DNA of 63,542 bases, filler included, from Octopus bimaculoides (GCF_001194135.2; 8 parts of 8 records of this genome joined end to end with filler, not necessarily neighbours in it); one strand, 5' to 3'; shown: positions 1 to 15,030, counted from the first letter of the whole stretch. Notes: generated by a model not told the origin, from the sequence alone. A program made the numbers and translations.

Positions 1-296
1 ATTGCAGTACCTCCAGGCCCTGTGTATGCCAGTTGGGAGGTACTTGTGGTCTTGTAGCGCAGTACTTGAAATTTTTTTGCATTGAACTGCATATTATTTT
101 GCTCTGCCCACTCATATATTGCATTTAGGTCATTCTGGAGGCTTACAATATCATTAGGATTCTTTATTGCCTGAGATATATTTGTGTCATCAGCATAGCT
201 AGTGACAGTGGCTCTCCGAGTGACCGTGGGCATGTCCAGAAGGGCCACTATGAACAGTAGTGGCCCCAGAACAGTTCCTTGCGGAACACCGCTCAA
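1..296 (-). mobile_element. CR1/L2-group LINE reverse-transcriptase fragment, running off the window start
   Basis: The minus strand reads open as SGVPQGTVLGPLLFIVALLDMPTVTRRATVTSYADDTNISQAIKNPNDIVSLQNDLNAIYEWAEQNNMQFNAKKFQVL. It contains the GVPQG and YADD RT motifs and the downstream thumb pattern typical of CR1/L2/Jockey-group LINEs. Confidence 0.9.
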
Positions 297-1209
297 TATT
301 TGTGTTTCCCTTGATATCGTACAGCGTCTAATCCCAGTCAACGTCTATTTAGCATCGTAATACCCCTTCGCATGTCAGTGGCCAACCACAATGGCCAGCA
401 TTAGCAGCACAGAGTATTTTATATTGTATTTTAACAAATTTCTATAACATCACATTTTCGGGGAGATATTTTTTTCAAAAACCATTACATGCCACATTGT
501 TTGTCACTACTAACACACTTGTCAATGGTTTTTTCCTCTGTTATAGGACAGCAGCGTTGGAGTGAAAAATAAAATAAATTGACACTTTGACTTGTTTTTG
601 TTTTTTTTTTAATTGACACTTTAAGTTACGCCCTCTCTTTACCTTCCATCACATCGGGTTCAATGAAATAGGAACTATTGAAACACTGAGAGCGGTGTAG
701 TCGGCTGTTGTGATTGTGGCTAAGTTAGCATTCTATATTTTATATGTATTGATAATTACATTTTTTTTTTAATGCAAGGAAAACTGCATTCTGTTAAAGA
801 TATGTTTAGTTTGAGAGTAGAAAATAAGTAAAAATGTATATTATAGGAATAGATTTCTACTGACGAAGGAGGAAATTATTAAAGAATCGAATATTTCAAT
901 GTTATATTGTTCTGGAAATTACATTTTAAGTATCTCATCTTCCAGAATATCGTAGTTATGATACGTCTTTATGACTGGATTGCGATTTTTCCTAATGATA
1001 TGTTATGCTAATTATTCTTAGAGCAATACCTACACACGAACAGAGATGTCTAATTATGTACAACGTAACATAAGACAGATGTCATTCGCATGAGCGCGTG
1101 TCTGTTCATGTGGTATAATTTAAAGTAAATTGTAAGCTACGAATAGAAGGATCTCATTTGAAACCGTTCTTGTAAGACAGAGCTGATGTAAATGGCCGTT
1201 GCCTTGTAG

Positions 1210-1319
1210 TTAGTTCATTAATCAACAATATTGCGCTTGGCAATAGTGAATCGACTGGAAGAGAACCGAGCCGACATAGAAATACAGAAACAAAAGCAAA
1301 GAAAAAGGAGATGAATTAA
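1210..1319 (+). CDS. Candidate terminal coding exon of unknown product: (x)SSLINNIALGNSESTGREPSRHRNTETKAKKKEMN*
   Basis: Acceptor ttgccttgtag|, then 36 codons including the TAA stop, in unique non-repeat sequence. No homolog recognised. Confidence 0.3.
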
Positions 1320-2148
1320 ATTGCATGGGCCCACAATTTAAAACAACGACAGCAATAATACTGCCAGCACTTAACTGAAATATCGGAGTGTTTAAATGAA
1401 ACATTCTTCCAATATTTCTGACTCAGTAATTTGAAATATAGACAACTTACTGAGTCAGAAATATTTTCATCTGCAGAACATTTCTTCTGTCAATAAGAAA
1501 ATTTAAATTGAATACGTTAGAAACTATTTAGTAAAGATATGTACGCTGAAATCCTTAATTTATCATTTTCATTCGGTGTAACTTAATCAGTGGTTCGTTG
1601 TTGGCAATATTCTTAGCTTAGAGTGAAAATTATATACATTTTCCGCTAACATTTTATTTTACGCATACCATGGGTGTCTTCAAGTTTATAAATTACTTTA
1701 TTTTTACATGACAATAATGTTTTACCTCCTGAAATATACGTCTCTATTTAATCATCCAGTGTACTTTTAAAAGTTCTTATTGCGGCCGTGCTTTGTCATT
1801 CGATATGTTGGAAATAGCAGCAAAATTCCGCTCAAAGTATACACTACTGTCTTAAAATACACCACACTGGATATAAGTAAGATGAAAGCAGAGGCTAGAG
1901 AGGAACGGGATAGATATGGCTGGAATACATTTCATCAGAGTTCTCACGAATAAGTCGTAACGAATACTGCAAAGCTTTGCAGTATTCGTTACGACTCATT
2001 ACCATCTGAACTCGTATCCCGCTGAGGTCGTCTTTTCATGGGTTGATAAAACAAATAACCGAACACTGTATAAATACGTGTGTATAAGAGCGAGAGAGAG
2101 ACAGAGAGAGTGAGTGAGTGTATGTATGTGTTATATACGTGTGCTTAT

Positions 2149-2200
<52 letters not shown>

Positions 2201-2227
2201 GTATCTATGTGTGTGTCTGTGTGTGCG

Positions 2228-2582
2228 TGTATTCTTTTATTTGTTTTAGCGATTTGAGTGCGGCTATGTTAGAGCACCATCTTCAGGGTATTCGTCAAAC
2301 CAATCGACCCCGGAACTTTAGCCGCACCAACTGAGTTACGTGGATGTAAACACACCAACATTGGTTTGCAAGTGATAGCGGTATGGGGACAAACACAAAC
2401 AAACAAATGTATACATACATCCATATGTGTGTGTGTGTGTATACATACATATATTAACGACGGGCTTCTTTCAGTTTCCGTCCATCAAATCCACTCACAA
2501 GGCTTTGGTCGGCCCGAGGTTACCCAAGTTACATAACCATGTGGTTGGGAAGCAAGCTTCTTACCATTCAGCCCCACCTGCG

Positions 2583-2584
<2 letters not shown>
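2228..2584 (-). mobile_element. SINE family A (tRNA-like head, internal TA/TG microsatellite)
   Basis: Reverse complement of the head ggcgcaggtggggctgaatggtaagaagcttgcttcccaaccac and the body gccttgtgagtggatttg..gacggaaactgaaagaagcccgtcg, which recur throughout the window. Confidence 0.85.
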
Positions 2585-2620
<36 letters not shown>

Positions 2621-2819
2621 CGTTGTGATGAGCTTTACATTTCATCATTTCAGAATTGATAAATTATGGTACTGGTCAAGTATTCGTGTCAATGTAATCG
2701 ACCAAACCCATCGTCCTGCAACACCTACTCTTGGACCTAAAGTCTGAAGCAATTAATATTATGATATAAACAATTAACATGAAGGACCTTTGCATATCTC
2801 TTTTAATCTTTACTGCTTT

Positions 2820-3030
2820 ACTTGTTTCAGTCATTTGACTGTGGCCATGCTGGACCACCGCCTTTTAGTCGAGCAAATCGACCCCAGGATTTATACTTTG
2901 GAAGACTAGTACTTATTCTATCGGTTTTCTTTTGCCGAACCACTAAGTTAAGGAGACGTAAACAAACCCTCATCGGTTGTCAAGCGATGATGGAGGGACA
3001 AACACAGACACACAAACACACACTCACACA

Positions 3031-3065
<35 letters not shown>

Positions 3066-3160
3066 GACAGGCTTCTTTCAGTTTCCGTCTACCAAATCCA
3101 CTCACAAGGCTTTGGTCGGCCCGAGGCTATAGTAGAAGACACTTGTCCAAGGTGCCACAC
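2820..3160 (-). mobile_element. SINE family A copy
   Basis: Same body and tail (ccagcatggccacagtcaaatgactgaaacaag in reverse complement) as the other family A copies. Confidence 0.85.
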
Positions 3161-3713
3161 ATACTCTCACACAAAGATTCCAATTAACACACAAATATTT
3201 CCACAGAGTTTCCGTGTGTCTAATTCAATCTCAGTTTATTAGTCGGCCCGAGTCTTTAAGACAAATTTGCAAGGTACCGCTAAATGGGACTGAACCCGAA
3301 ATCTTGCGGATAAAATGCGAGCTTCTCAACTAGATAACTATGTCTGCATCTGTTGTTAATCACACAATCATTCCATCGTCTGTAATAGTTTGTATAAAGG
3401 ATTAAATGATTTAAATGATACGAAACTAAAATTGTTATTATCCACAAAATAATCTCTGAGACAAAATGAAACCGCGTCAACGTTATATTTAGAATAAGCA
3501 TTATTACTAAGTAATACCACTACATTACGATGTCGACAACGACGATGAAGACTACAACGACGACGATGATGATATCGATGATGATGATGATGATGATGAA
3601 CATCAGAAGAATAATGACGTCACACAATAACATGATTATACGCCAGCATTGAATTGGCATTCAATTTCAGAAGATTATGATCTAGGAATAAATAATGCTT
3701 GATTAAAAACAGC

Positions 3714-3816
<103 letters not shown>

Positions 3817-4392
3817 TTTACATATACATGTATACGTATATAAATACGCGTATATAGGTATACATATACACATACAAATATATACATATACATAGGTATA
3901 TACACATATACCTATACACACATATATATATGAGTATATATATACTTATATGTATGTGTATGCATATATGTATGTACGTATGTATATGTATGTATGTATG
4001 TATGCATGCATGCATACAGTAAGGAGCAATTTCGAAAATAAATAAATTAACTATAAAGTAAAGTAAATCAAAGAAGATAAAACAACAGACTGAAAAGCAT
4101 TAGAAGCAAGCAATTATAAAAAGGGATGCGGTAAAATGTTTATGTAAGTTTATTAATATAATTATAGGTAAACAGTAACTTTGAAACTTGATTAAATCAT
4201 ATTACTATAATATTTCTAATAACACATGGCTTGAATAAAACTTGCTAAATGATTAAACACGCATGCACTTTGAGTGTTACGTTAACATACAGATATACAC
4301 GCTGGCATACGTACTGGCATGTGTATATTTGCCTTGCCCACATCATATACACATATACAGATATGTTGATATGTGTATGTGTGTGTGTGGGC

Positions 4393-4447
<55 letters not shown>

Positions 4448-4499
4448 TATGTTTAGCTATACTTACATTATATATATGTTGGGTATATACAAATGCATA

Positions 4500-4536
<37 letters not shown>

Positions 4537-6213
4537 TCACGCAAATATGTATATGTGGTGTGAATTTAAATGTGAGGTTGTGTGTGTGTCTGTATTTGTA
4601 TGTAGGTGTGTGTGTACGTACGTGTATTTATGAGTTCGTTTATATGAAGCATAATTCCGTCTTTATGGCAGAGTTAAATTTCTTAATGAATTTTTTCTCT
4701 ATTTCATTTGTACGAATGAAGCGTGAGATGTTGCATTATATAAACACTGCAACGCATGCGTATGTTATGTTTGCTGTTAAAACAACATATTGTTCATTTA
4801 TTTAAGGGAAAGATGTCATAATTTGTCCTGTAATATTTATCTGCTTTATTTCACTTGGCAACTTCAGAATTCTTATTACAAACATAATCGCCACTCATTG
4901 AGTCACTTCGTGTGTGTGGGTTTGTTTGTGTAGGTTCATGTGTGTGGGTGTCTATCGGCGTGTATGTGTGTATTTGTAGTATACTGTGCACGTCTGTACG
5001 TACATGTCGGTGTGAGCCTCTACGTTGCCGTGTGTTTGTGTATGTCTGTGTGTGTGTTTCAGTTCGTGTATGTAAGTATGTGTGTGTATATATGTGTGTT
5101 TGTGTCTGTGTTAGGGAATATGGTGTGTGAATGAGATTAAGGGTATGTGAACGAATATATATGGGTGAGCGAGTATAAGAGTTTAAGTGTGTTTGTGTAA
5201 GTATGCGTGTGCATATGTGCATATGTATCTGAGTATGCATGTATGTGTGTGTGTGTTTTTGTGTGTGTAAAATTAAGAGCCAAGGATCATGATATAAGAA
5301 GTTGGTAAACTTCGAGCAATCCTTAGAAGGTATAAAAAACAACGTACCAGATCTATAGTGGTTTCTTGACGTAGAAGGTTGTAAATTTACCCTGTCGTCA
5401 AGGGAACCCATGCTTACACGGGATCAATTGACAACCATATAAACTTCATGTGGTTAAGGTATATTTGGTCCGACGAGTAACTAGCGGTTTATCTCTCGTT
5501 TGGGCAGTTACAACTTCTGAGGTTCTGCTAAGTACGGAACATAAGTAGCCTGGATTTGAACCACTCCATTCCCTAATTTCGTCTATATATATATATATAT
5601 NNNNNNNNNNNNNNNNNNNNNNNNNNNNNNNNNNNNNNNNNNNNNNNNNNNNNNNNNNNNNNNNNNNNNNNNNNNNNNNNNNNNNNNNNNNNNNNNNNNN
5701 NNNNNNNNNNNNNNNNNNNNNNNNNNNNNNNNNNNNNNNNNNNNNNNNNNNNNNNNNNNNNNNNNNNNNNNNNNNNNNNNNNNNNNNNNNNNNNNNNNNN
5801 NNNNNNNNNNNNNNNNNNNNNNNNNNNNNNNNNNNNNNNNNNNNNNNNNNNNNNNNNNNNNNNNNNNNNNNNNNNNNNNNNNNNNNNNNNNNNNNNNNNN
5901 NNNNNNNNNNNNNNNNNNNNNNNNNNNNNNNNNNNNNNNNNNNNNNNNNNNNNNNNNNNNNNNNNNNNNNNNNNNNNNNNNNNNNNNNNNNNNNNNNNNN
6001 NNNNNNNNNNNNNNNNNNNNNNNNNNNNNNNNNNNNNNNNNNNNNNNNNNNNNNNNNNNNNNNNNNNNNNNNNNNNNNNNNNNNNNNNNNNNNNNNNNNN
6101 NNNNNNNNNNNNNNNNNNNNNNNNNNNNNNNNNNNNNNNNNNNNNNNNNNNNNNNNNNNNNNNNNNNNNNNNNNNNNNNNNNNNNNNNNNNNNNNNNNNN
6201 NNNNNNNNNNNNN

Positions 6214-6265
<52 letters not shown>

Positions 6266-9200
6266 TGTGTGTGTGTGTGGCTTCTTTACATACATTGTTC
6301 TACTAAACATGTCGCAGACAGTACGCCCCAAAATTGTGACAGGAAATAATATGAGATTAAATGAATTCAACAAAATCCTTGTTCGGTTTTTTGTCTCTTG
6401 ATTCCCGTAAAATATTCCATCGAGGATATATTTGGGTGTGGAATACTCAATTCTTTATTTGGCAATTCCTTAAGGGAGTAGATCAGTTGATTGGACAAGC
6501 GAATGCTCATCGCCGAAAGCGATGGCGTCTGAGCAAGTGCTTTTAACAACATCTAAACTAACATATACGTGTTGAATAACATTTCAATTCCAAAAGGTGT
6601 TTGTTAAATAGGCAAATATTTTTTGTAATATAGAATGTATATAATGTATTCCCGTTAATCTTATTCAAATAAAATGTTACGTAACACGCACATACATACA
6701 CAAACTACACACAGAAACATACACATATGCGCATGCTTGTGAACAAGTGTTAGAATGAATGTGATCCTGTTTGCCTTGTATTCACTGTTTTCCGCAACAC
6801 AACGTAATACTACAAAGCTTACATAGCGACTATATGTTTGAATGTTTACTTCACAAATTTATATTTCAATCATTTATATAAGAATTCAGCACACATCAGG
6901 AAGCAGTTTTGCAAACAAGTATTCAGTCATTGCTTGTGTACTTTTTCCGTTCAGCATGTATATAATTACTTTATCAGTATTTACAATTTGCTGGTAGTGT
7001 GTCACAGAAATAAGAAATAACAGGAAAAATAATATTAAATAAATTAATTACGCAAATTAGAATATATATGTTGTAATGGTGTCGATAAAAAGCGACAAAT
7101 GAATATATATATACCGTACCAGCAATATATATTTAATGCGCTTTGAAAATACATGTGTTGCTATTGCTGTTGAGTCCTGAGTTCATTTTAATCTGAACGA
7201 GAAGTTATGTGACCAATCGCATTCTAAGTATTACAACTAGATTTATTCCTCTGTTTCTCAGCTATGGTTGAATGGCTAGGAAGTTCGCTTTACAACCATG
7301 TTGTTACGCTTTCAGTTCCACCGCGTGACACCCTGGACAGAATACTTCTACTATAGCCCCAATCTGATCAGTGGCTCAAACAAATTACATATAAAAGATG
7401 TGGATAGGCATTGTAACGAGCGCAACTTTCGGAAGTTCTAAGGGAATGTTTTGTGTCTCTAGTGCTTTATTTTACTAGCGGTGTTTCTCGGAATTAATGT
7501 TCCGCGAAAAATATCGATTAATATGCTAATATTATGCAAATGCTTTTGTGAGCAATTTTTGGTGCTTCATTCTATATTCAATATTTATTGTATACGCTCA
7601 GTAAATTATAAATATATCTGTAAGTAATAAGGATATTTTACCGAAGAAAAAGCTGTAATTAGGGTAATATAAAAAGTGGTTTAATACAAACAAATTGTTG
7701 GTTAAGACAAGAATTCTTGAACTATCTCTGGTGGTTTTTGGTTTATCATTACTGCAACTTTCAAAGACTGTTTTGATTCATTTATTCTCTAGAGTTCTTG
7801 ATTCTTGAGAAATGAAATGTATGTCAAAGTTTTCACAAAATTAAAATGGTTGAGAGCCGTTGATCCATATTGTCTATCACTACATTATCCGATGCATGCC
7901 TAGTTTATTTATATGTCTCATTATTTTTGTTAAGACGCAGTGGTATATGTGATATGAAGTAAATTTGGTTGTTAAAAAATGTGTAACCTTCCTTATTGGT
8001 GCGTGAATATATGAGCGGTAATTCAATTGAATATGTTAGATTAGAGTTTAAGAACTATAAAATATATCCACCGAATTTAAGAGCTCAGTTATTAATATAT
8101 GCTTAAACTCCATTATTACAAATCAGATATCATAAATGGAATGGATTTGCCTACTTCGAAATTGGTTAAAACGAATCTTCAAAGCAACAAATTAATAGGT
8201 GTAAAAGCGAAGATTTCACAGATGTTTCCCAATATCATAATTAATCCTAGATGACATGGAACTTGCAGACTGTCATACATGTCTTAAGAAATTTGTGTTC
8301 CAATCTCATTCGTTGTACCCTAAATCCTGCGGTGCTGTTCTTCTTCATTATCAGTTTCGATAAATTGTGTTTATAATGTAATTTTGAGCACGAATTATGT
8401 TAATATGTTGGAGAACAGGGAATTATTTTTCAAATACATTTTTAGATCTCATCAGAGTTCATAGAAAGTATAATAATATGACACCTTCATCCTGTGAAAA
8501 CGGGTAGAGACGACTAAAATTACCACCCTGATTATAACACACATTCGATGTGAAAATAGCCATACAAAGCGAAGATGTGCGCAATGATTTAATGTGGGAA
8601 GATACATTGAGTAACATTGGAGGTCGCTCTTTGAAAGCAATATTAACTTGCGTTATGGAGTTCAGTTCTTTTGAGATTTTACCGTACGGAATTTGTTTGG
8701 TTAATGCCATTCATATGTTTCCTGAAAAAGCTGCGTATATTCCATACAACTAATGATACAATGTTTGAGATAACATAGAAAACAATGTTTAACTCTAATG
8801 AAACCTTATCTGAGGCTAACGAAACACTAATTCATCGCTAACAAAATAATCTCTGCCGTTGAAAATAACAAGGTGTGAAACTAACGAAGGTTTTTTTTTT
8901 TTTTTTAAATATTTTATATTTACATACTATATTTGCATTCACTTTCAGGAGATAAACATTTCGATTTATGGCAACACTCTTCTGGAGAAGGCAGAGAATT
9001 GATAATAATGTGCTGCTTGCAAGAATATTTACGGAAAAGAAGATCCGATTTACAAGTACTGTACAATATATTGGGCCCACTCTAAAGATAGGAGACTACG
9101 GGTTACTTCAAGAATAAGAAAGATTGTTCTCTTTTATCTAACGTATCCCCTGAATGAAGGATCTTCGATAGCTAGTATAATAACTTTGAATGTACTTTTA

Positions 9201-9682
9201 GATTTTATTTGAAAATATGTATATACTGTATATCATTTTTCACAGCTTGATCAGACACACGCACAGTTCCGTCCCTTTATTTTTTCATATTCTTTTTCAT
9301 GACGCTCCCTAAAAGCCTCCTGATTGGCCTGTTCTCTATATGGTTACAATAACAAAAATTGTTGTATTGTAAGTGAAAAATCCGAAGAAGACAATTCTTA
9401 GATCGGTCGATTTTGATTGATAAAACTGCCAGATGAATTCTGGGATACATGTTTCTCTCTCCTTTGCCACTTTCTCTCTCACCCTCTCTCCTCCCTTCCC
9501 CTTCTCTCTCTATCCATCTATCTCTCCTTCCCATTCTCTCTCTCACTCACACACACATACACACACAAGCTAACACACTAACACTTCACGCAAAGTTTTC
9601 CATTTTCTCTTTGACCTAACCATTCATAATCGACCGATAACTGTATTGCGCCGTGAGGAAATCGTGGAAGAAATATGAACAC

Positions 9683-9737
<55 letters not shown>

Positions 9738-9837
9738 NNNNNNNNNNNNNNNNNNNNNNNNNNNNNNNNNNNNNNNNNNNNTTAATTAATTAANNNNNNN
9801 NNNNNNNNNNNNNNNNNNNNNNNNNNNNNNNNNNNNN
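9738..9837. other. Assembly spacer N44-TTAATTAATTAA-N44 (the 12-mer also at 12381, 18407, 23765, 51596, 54233, 57231)
   Basis: An identical 12-mer (stops in all six frames) centred in a gap of about 100 bp, seven times. This is an artificial contig joiner, not biological sequence. Confidence 0.95.
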
Positions 9838-9970
9838 TATATACATACACAACACATGCATATATACGTATGTATATTGTATTTGCGAGTATGAATATCG
9901 ATATGAATATTAAGTACACATATACATACATATATGTCTGTGTGTGTGTGTACATACATATATATGCATA

Positions 9971-10006
<36 letters not shown>

Positions 10007-11199
10007 TGTATGTATGTATGTATGCATGTGTTGAGTTGGGTGCATTGATGTGTTATGTTATATTCTTTTGCTGGTTTCAACTTCTATCTGTAAGACTGAT
10101 GTACCGAACGACTTATGGAAAACATCTCAATTAATGGAAGTTTCTCGCTTTAAATAAAAGAAACAAATATTTACTGATAAAGTTTAGTGATTCACAAAAG
10201 GCGTGATAATTCTATGAAATTATAAACTTACATGCTTGAAGCCTTAAAACCCAGTTAAAATATCAGCCATCTTTCAGTGATGAGATCGAATTAGAGTGAG
10301 GTATGTCCAGAGGTTATCTAATGTCCTATGTTTAATGTTTTCTATAATGTTTGGATGGAAGTGGTTAAGCAGGGACGTAGGATGATTTCTAAATCTATTA
10401 GAGGCTTTAGCGTTTACTCCTCGAAAGGCCATCATCCCTGTAGAGCTCTCTAGTGATTGATGGTCATTGTGAGTGTGGTCTGTGGAGAAGAAATATGGTC
10501 ATCAGGTCACATACATGGATGGAGTCAATGTCCCCAATTTCGATATCAGAGTTTCTATTCCATTTTAATTTTTTGTTTTGTTTTACTTTTTCTCTGACCA
10601 AATCTCACTGAACCATACTACTGGGTCATATGTGAAACCAATTACAGACTTCCGATTTGGTTGCGTGAATGTTAGAAACAGCTGTTTAGACCTTGCTGGC
10701 CCCAAAACAGAAACATGCCTTGCAGTCACAAAGTCATACCTTGCTGTCCAAAAAACCGAGGCAGACACACTGGATAATGTAATTCTAAGAAGACTATTTC
10801 TGTTGAAATAAAAGAAAAGAAGCAGGACAGGCTCAGCTTGAATGCTTTTTGACCATAGGCATTTTGACCACGTCATGAAATAGCAACGCTCATATTAACA
10901 CAAAAAAAAATCCTAAATACTTGGTTACATTATTTACATTATTTACATTTAACGGATATTTGTCCTCATCTTGTTTGTTGTTAACACAACGTTTCGGCTG
11001 ATATACTCTACAGCCCTCATCAGGTATCTTGGGGAAATTTCAAACCTGGGTTCTCATTCCTACTGTATTTTTTGATATTATTATTATTATTATTATTTTT
11101 CAGAGCACTGCTTGGAATCTTGGAGTTAGTAGCCCGTGCTCTTGACCACTACGCCATATGCCCACATATGAACTGTATACATACTTGTTATATTTCATA

Positions 11200-11870
11200 T
11201 TATTGTTGTTGTTTCAGACGATGTCAGTTCTGACTCAGCTGTTATATAACCAAAAGTATTCTAATCGCGAATATTCAGTATTGTATTACGGCATAGTGTA
11301 TCTAGGGCTACATTATCCATTGTGTCCCTCCTGTTGTGGCTCTGCTTAGGACATCATCTCATGTACGACTAATTGTTGATGATGATTAGTCGCTGAATCG
11401 TCTTGATACACCAAACCTATCAAGAAAGGTGTTCCTCCCGTGAACATGACGTTATTCAGGCATAGTGTATCTAGGACTAAATTATCTATTGTCTATCTTT
11501 ATGTTCAAGTTCTTTAACATTATCATAGTCCTGATACGACTGACCTACGATGAAACATGCTTCAATTGTAGCTACCTTGTGATCTATTGAGGGATAGTGT
11601 ATCTTGGACTACGTCATCTAATGTGTCCTTCCTTGCTGATGTTGTTTAGCCATAGGAAGTTCTGATAAAGGATCAGAGGTGACCTATCAGCGATTATCTT
11701 GCCCTTCATTCAGTCATAATGTACCTTGAATTAAGATATAAGGGTTTTTGTGCTTTTCTTTAGTCTTAGAAAAATTTTAATGGAACAGTGCTACGGTTAA
11801 GTGTTTATCCAGTTCTTACTTTCCCATCTATTATTTACAAACAATATACCTAGGACTACGGCATATATGA
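11200..11870. repeat. Degenerate tandem units of an interspersed repeat (gcatagtgtatctaggactacattatc motif)
   Basis: The motif recurs about 4-5 times and is the reverse complement of the units at 53.4-53.9 kb. Confidence 0.6.
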
Positions 11871-12436
11871 GATATAAATCACCTCCAATCAATAACCATT
11901 CTTCATTTTGACCTAATATTTCCACAAGTGCATTATTTAATGCAACGTGTCATTTTATAGCAACATTTTGATAAGATTGCTATCAAATGTGGCAACCACG
12001 TAGAAATATCCTCGTTGTCTAGTAACTTAAAAAATAAGTACAAAAACAAAGGGAATTACTAGGAAAACGAAAGTAATATGTGTATGTGTGTGTGCTTGTG
12101 TGTGTTTGTCTTTGTACGTATGTATGTATATATACGTTGTGAAATTACTGAGAAATGCAACTTCAGGGGAGGGCGTTATACTTAATGGGAGAGAATCTTT
12201 TCTATACATTTTTCTTGTGGAGAAATCATTATCAAAGACAGAAAGGAGCATACATATGTGTGTGTGTTTGTGTGTGTGTGTGCGCGTGTGTGTATTATGC
12301 ATGTTTATGCGTGTGTGTATGCATATATATATATATNNNNNNNNNNNNNNNNNNNNNNNNNNNNNNNNNNNNNNNNNNNNTTAATTAATTAANNNNNNNN
12401 NNNNNNNNNNNNNNNNNNNNNNNNNNNNNNNNNNNN

Positions 12437-14880
12437 ATGCACACAGACATACATATTTACATATATAAACACATATATACATACATGAATGCGTACACAC
12501 ACATACATGCATACACAAATACATGCATACACGCACAGACAGACATACATGCCTACATTCATACATACAACACATACATGCACATACATACATACATACA
12601 TACATACATACATACACATACATACATAAACATACATACACACATAGTTACATACATGCATATATGCATACATATACATACATCCTATACGCATACATAC
12701 ATACCTATATGCACACACACATACATACATACACACACATACGTACATACACATTCATACATGCAGAGACAGACATAAATGCATACATTCATACATACAC
12801 ACACACACGTACAGGCAGACATACATGCATACGCACACATACATATATACATAAATATACATACACACACATACATACATGCATGCATACATTCATACAC
12901 ACACATACATACACACACATACATACATACACACACACACGCTCATATACATACATACATACATACATACGTACACACGCATACATTCATACATACGTTC
13001 AGGTGTTTTTGAAGAGTTACCCCGTGTAATTTTTGTTGTTTCTTTAGCCCCCGGCCAGCTTGATCAAGCAGACCCCCGATAAAAGCGTTCCTTAAACGCT
13101 TGAAACGAACTCAATATCTAACCACCCAACGCATACTTCGTTCAGACAGCAAGCTGTGATTTCAGTGAGATTCGGCTGCTATTTTTAGCGGATCATGCGG
13201 CTACATCCATGTCGCTTTCAATGTCCCATCATGTGTGTGTGTGTATGTGTATGAATCAGTGTTTGAATACGTGTATGTTTGTAGTGTATATGTGAGCGTA
13301 TGTGCGTGTGTATTTGTGTTTGTGCGTGTAGGCGTGTTTCGCGTGTATGTGTCTGTGTGCACGTGCGTGTATGTGTGTGTGGATATGTGTGTATTTGTGT
13401 GTACATTTGCCTGTGTGTTTTTGTATATATTTATGCTAGAAAGTCCGCGTGTCTTTTTGTATATATAGTGTGTGTGTGTGTTTCCTCGTGTGTGTGTGTG
13501 TGTGTNNNNNNNNNNNNNNNNNNNNNNNNNNNNNNNNNNNNNNNNNNNNNNNNNNNNNNNNNNNNNNNNNNNNNNNNNNNNNNNNNNNNNNNNNNNNNNN
13601 NNNNNNNNNNNNNNNNNNNNNNNNNNNNNNNNNNNNNNNNNNNNNNNNNNNNNNNNNNNNNNNNNNNNNNNNNNNNNNNNNNNNNNNNNNNNNNNNNNNN
13701 NNNNNNNNNNNNNNNNNNNGTGTTTCTGCTCGGGTGTGTGTGTGTTTCTGCTCGGGTGTGTGTGTGTGTCTGCTCGGGTGTGTGTGTGTGCACGAGTGTG
13801 TGTGTGTGCACGAGTGTGTGAGTGTGTGCACGTGTATTTGCGTATACGTTTAGCTGTGTGTGCTCGTGTATGTTTGTGTGTATATGTATGTGGTGTATGC
13901 TTTCACGCGTATTTGTGTATGTGTCAATGCGAAAATGTCTGCGTGACTGTGTGTGTTCGTGCATATGTGTATGTGTGCATTTGTGTAGATGTTGGCATGT
14001 GTGTTTGTGTATATCTATGCGAAAATGTATGCGAGTGTGTCTGTGTGTGTGTGTATGCATTTCTGTGTACGTTTGTGCATGTGTTTATGTGTGTGTGCAT
14101 TTGTCTGGATATTTGTGTTTGTGTGTGTGTCTACGCGAGAATGTAAGTGTGTGTGTGTGTGTGTGTGTGTATTTGTGTAGATGTTTGTGTGTACATTTCT
14201 GCATGTGTTTATGCGACAATGTATGTATGTGTGTGTGTGTGTTTGTACGTGTATATGTCTGCATGCATGCTTATACATATGTTAATACGAGCGCGTCTGC
14301 ATGTATTTGTGTGTGTTTATGTGCGAGCGTGTGTGTATTTGTGTGTTCATGTATGTATATTTGGCGTGTGTGTATGTGTGTGTGTGGATTTGTGTATGCG
14401 CTTCCATGAGTGTTTGTGTTTGTGCGAGCATGTTTGCGTGTGTGTGTTTGTGTGTGTGTGTGTGCTTGTGTGTGTAAGTGTGTACTTGTGTTGATGTTTG
14501 CATCCGTGTGTGTATATGTGTTTATGGGCAAATGTTTGTGTTTGTATGTGGTATGTATACGTATTTGTGTGTATATTTCTGTATGTGTTTGTGTTCATGC
14601 GGGAATGCCTGTGTGTATTTGTGTACGTGTATTTGATTTGCGCGTATGTATGTATGTATGTGTTTGTGTGTGTGTGTGTGCGCGCGCATGCACGTATTTG
14701 TCTGTATATATGTGCATTTCTGTAGATATTGCCATGTGTGTTTGTGTATGTGCTTAGGCGAAAATAACTTCGTGTATTTGTGTGTGTGTTTATGTTTGCA
14801 TGTGTTTATGCAAAAATGTTAGCGCGTATTTGTGCATGACCATTTGGTGTGTGTATTTGTGTGTATATATGTTTATTTGT
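12437..14880. repeat. Long degenerate (TACA)n/(TG)n low-complexity tract
   Basis: Directly visible. It accounts for the CV/HT-rich ORFs in the track. Confidence 0.95.
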
Positions 14881-14884
14881 GAAT

Positions 14885-15030
14885 GCAGGCGAGGCTGTGT
14901 GGTGAGTAGCTTACTTCCCAACCCCATGGTTCCGGGTTCAGTCCCACTGTGTGGCACTTTGGGAAGGTGTCTTCTATTATAGCCTCGTGAGTGGATTTGG
15001 TAGACGGAAACTGAAAGAAGCCTGTCGTGT
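14885..15030 (+). mobile_element. SINE family A head and body
   Basis: ggcgaggctgtgtggtgagtagcttacttcccaacc...ggttcagtcccactgtgtggcac (A/B-box-like head). Confidence 0.85.

Noticed and set aside
6361-6552. Antiparallel 61-aa ORFs
   Set aside because: Their length is near chance expectation, with no clear splice signals or homology recognised.
10578-10876. Overlapping 77-aa and 97-aa ORFs with apparent splice sites
   Set aside because: The sequence resembles a dispersed repeat motif (ttagaaatagcagc..ctgtc..ggataatgta) also seen near 1810, 13160 and 36940.
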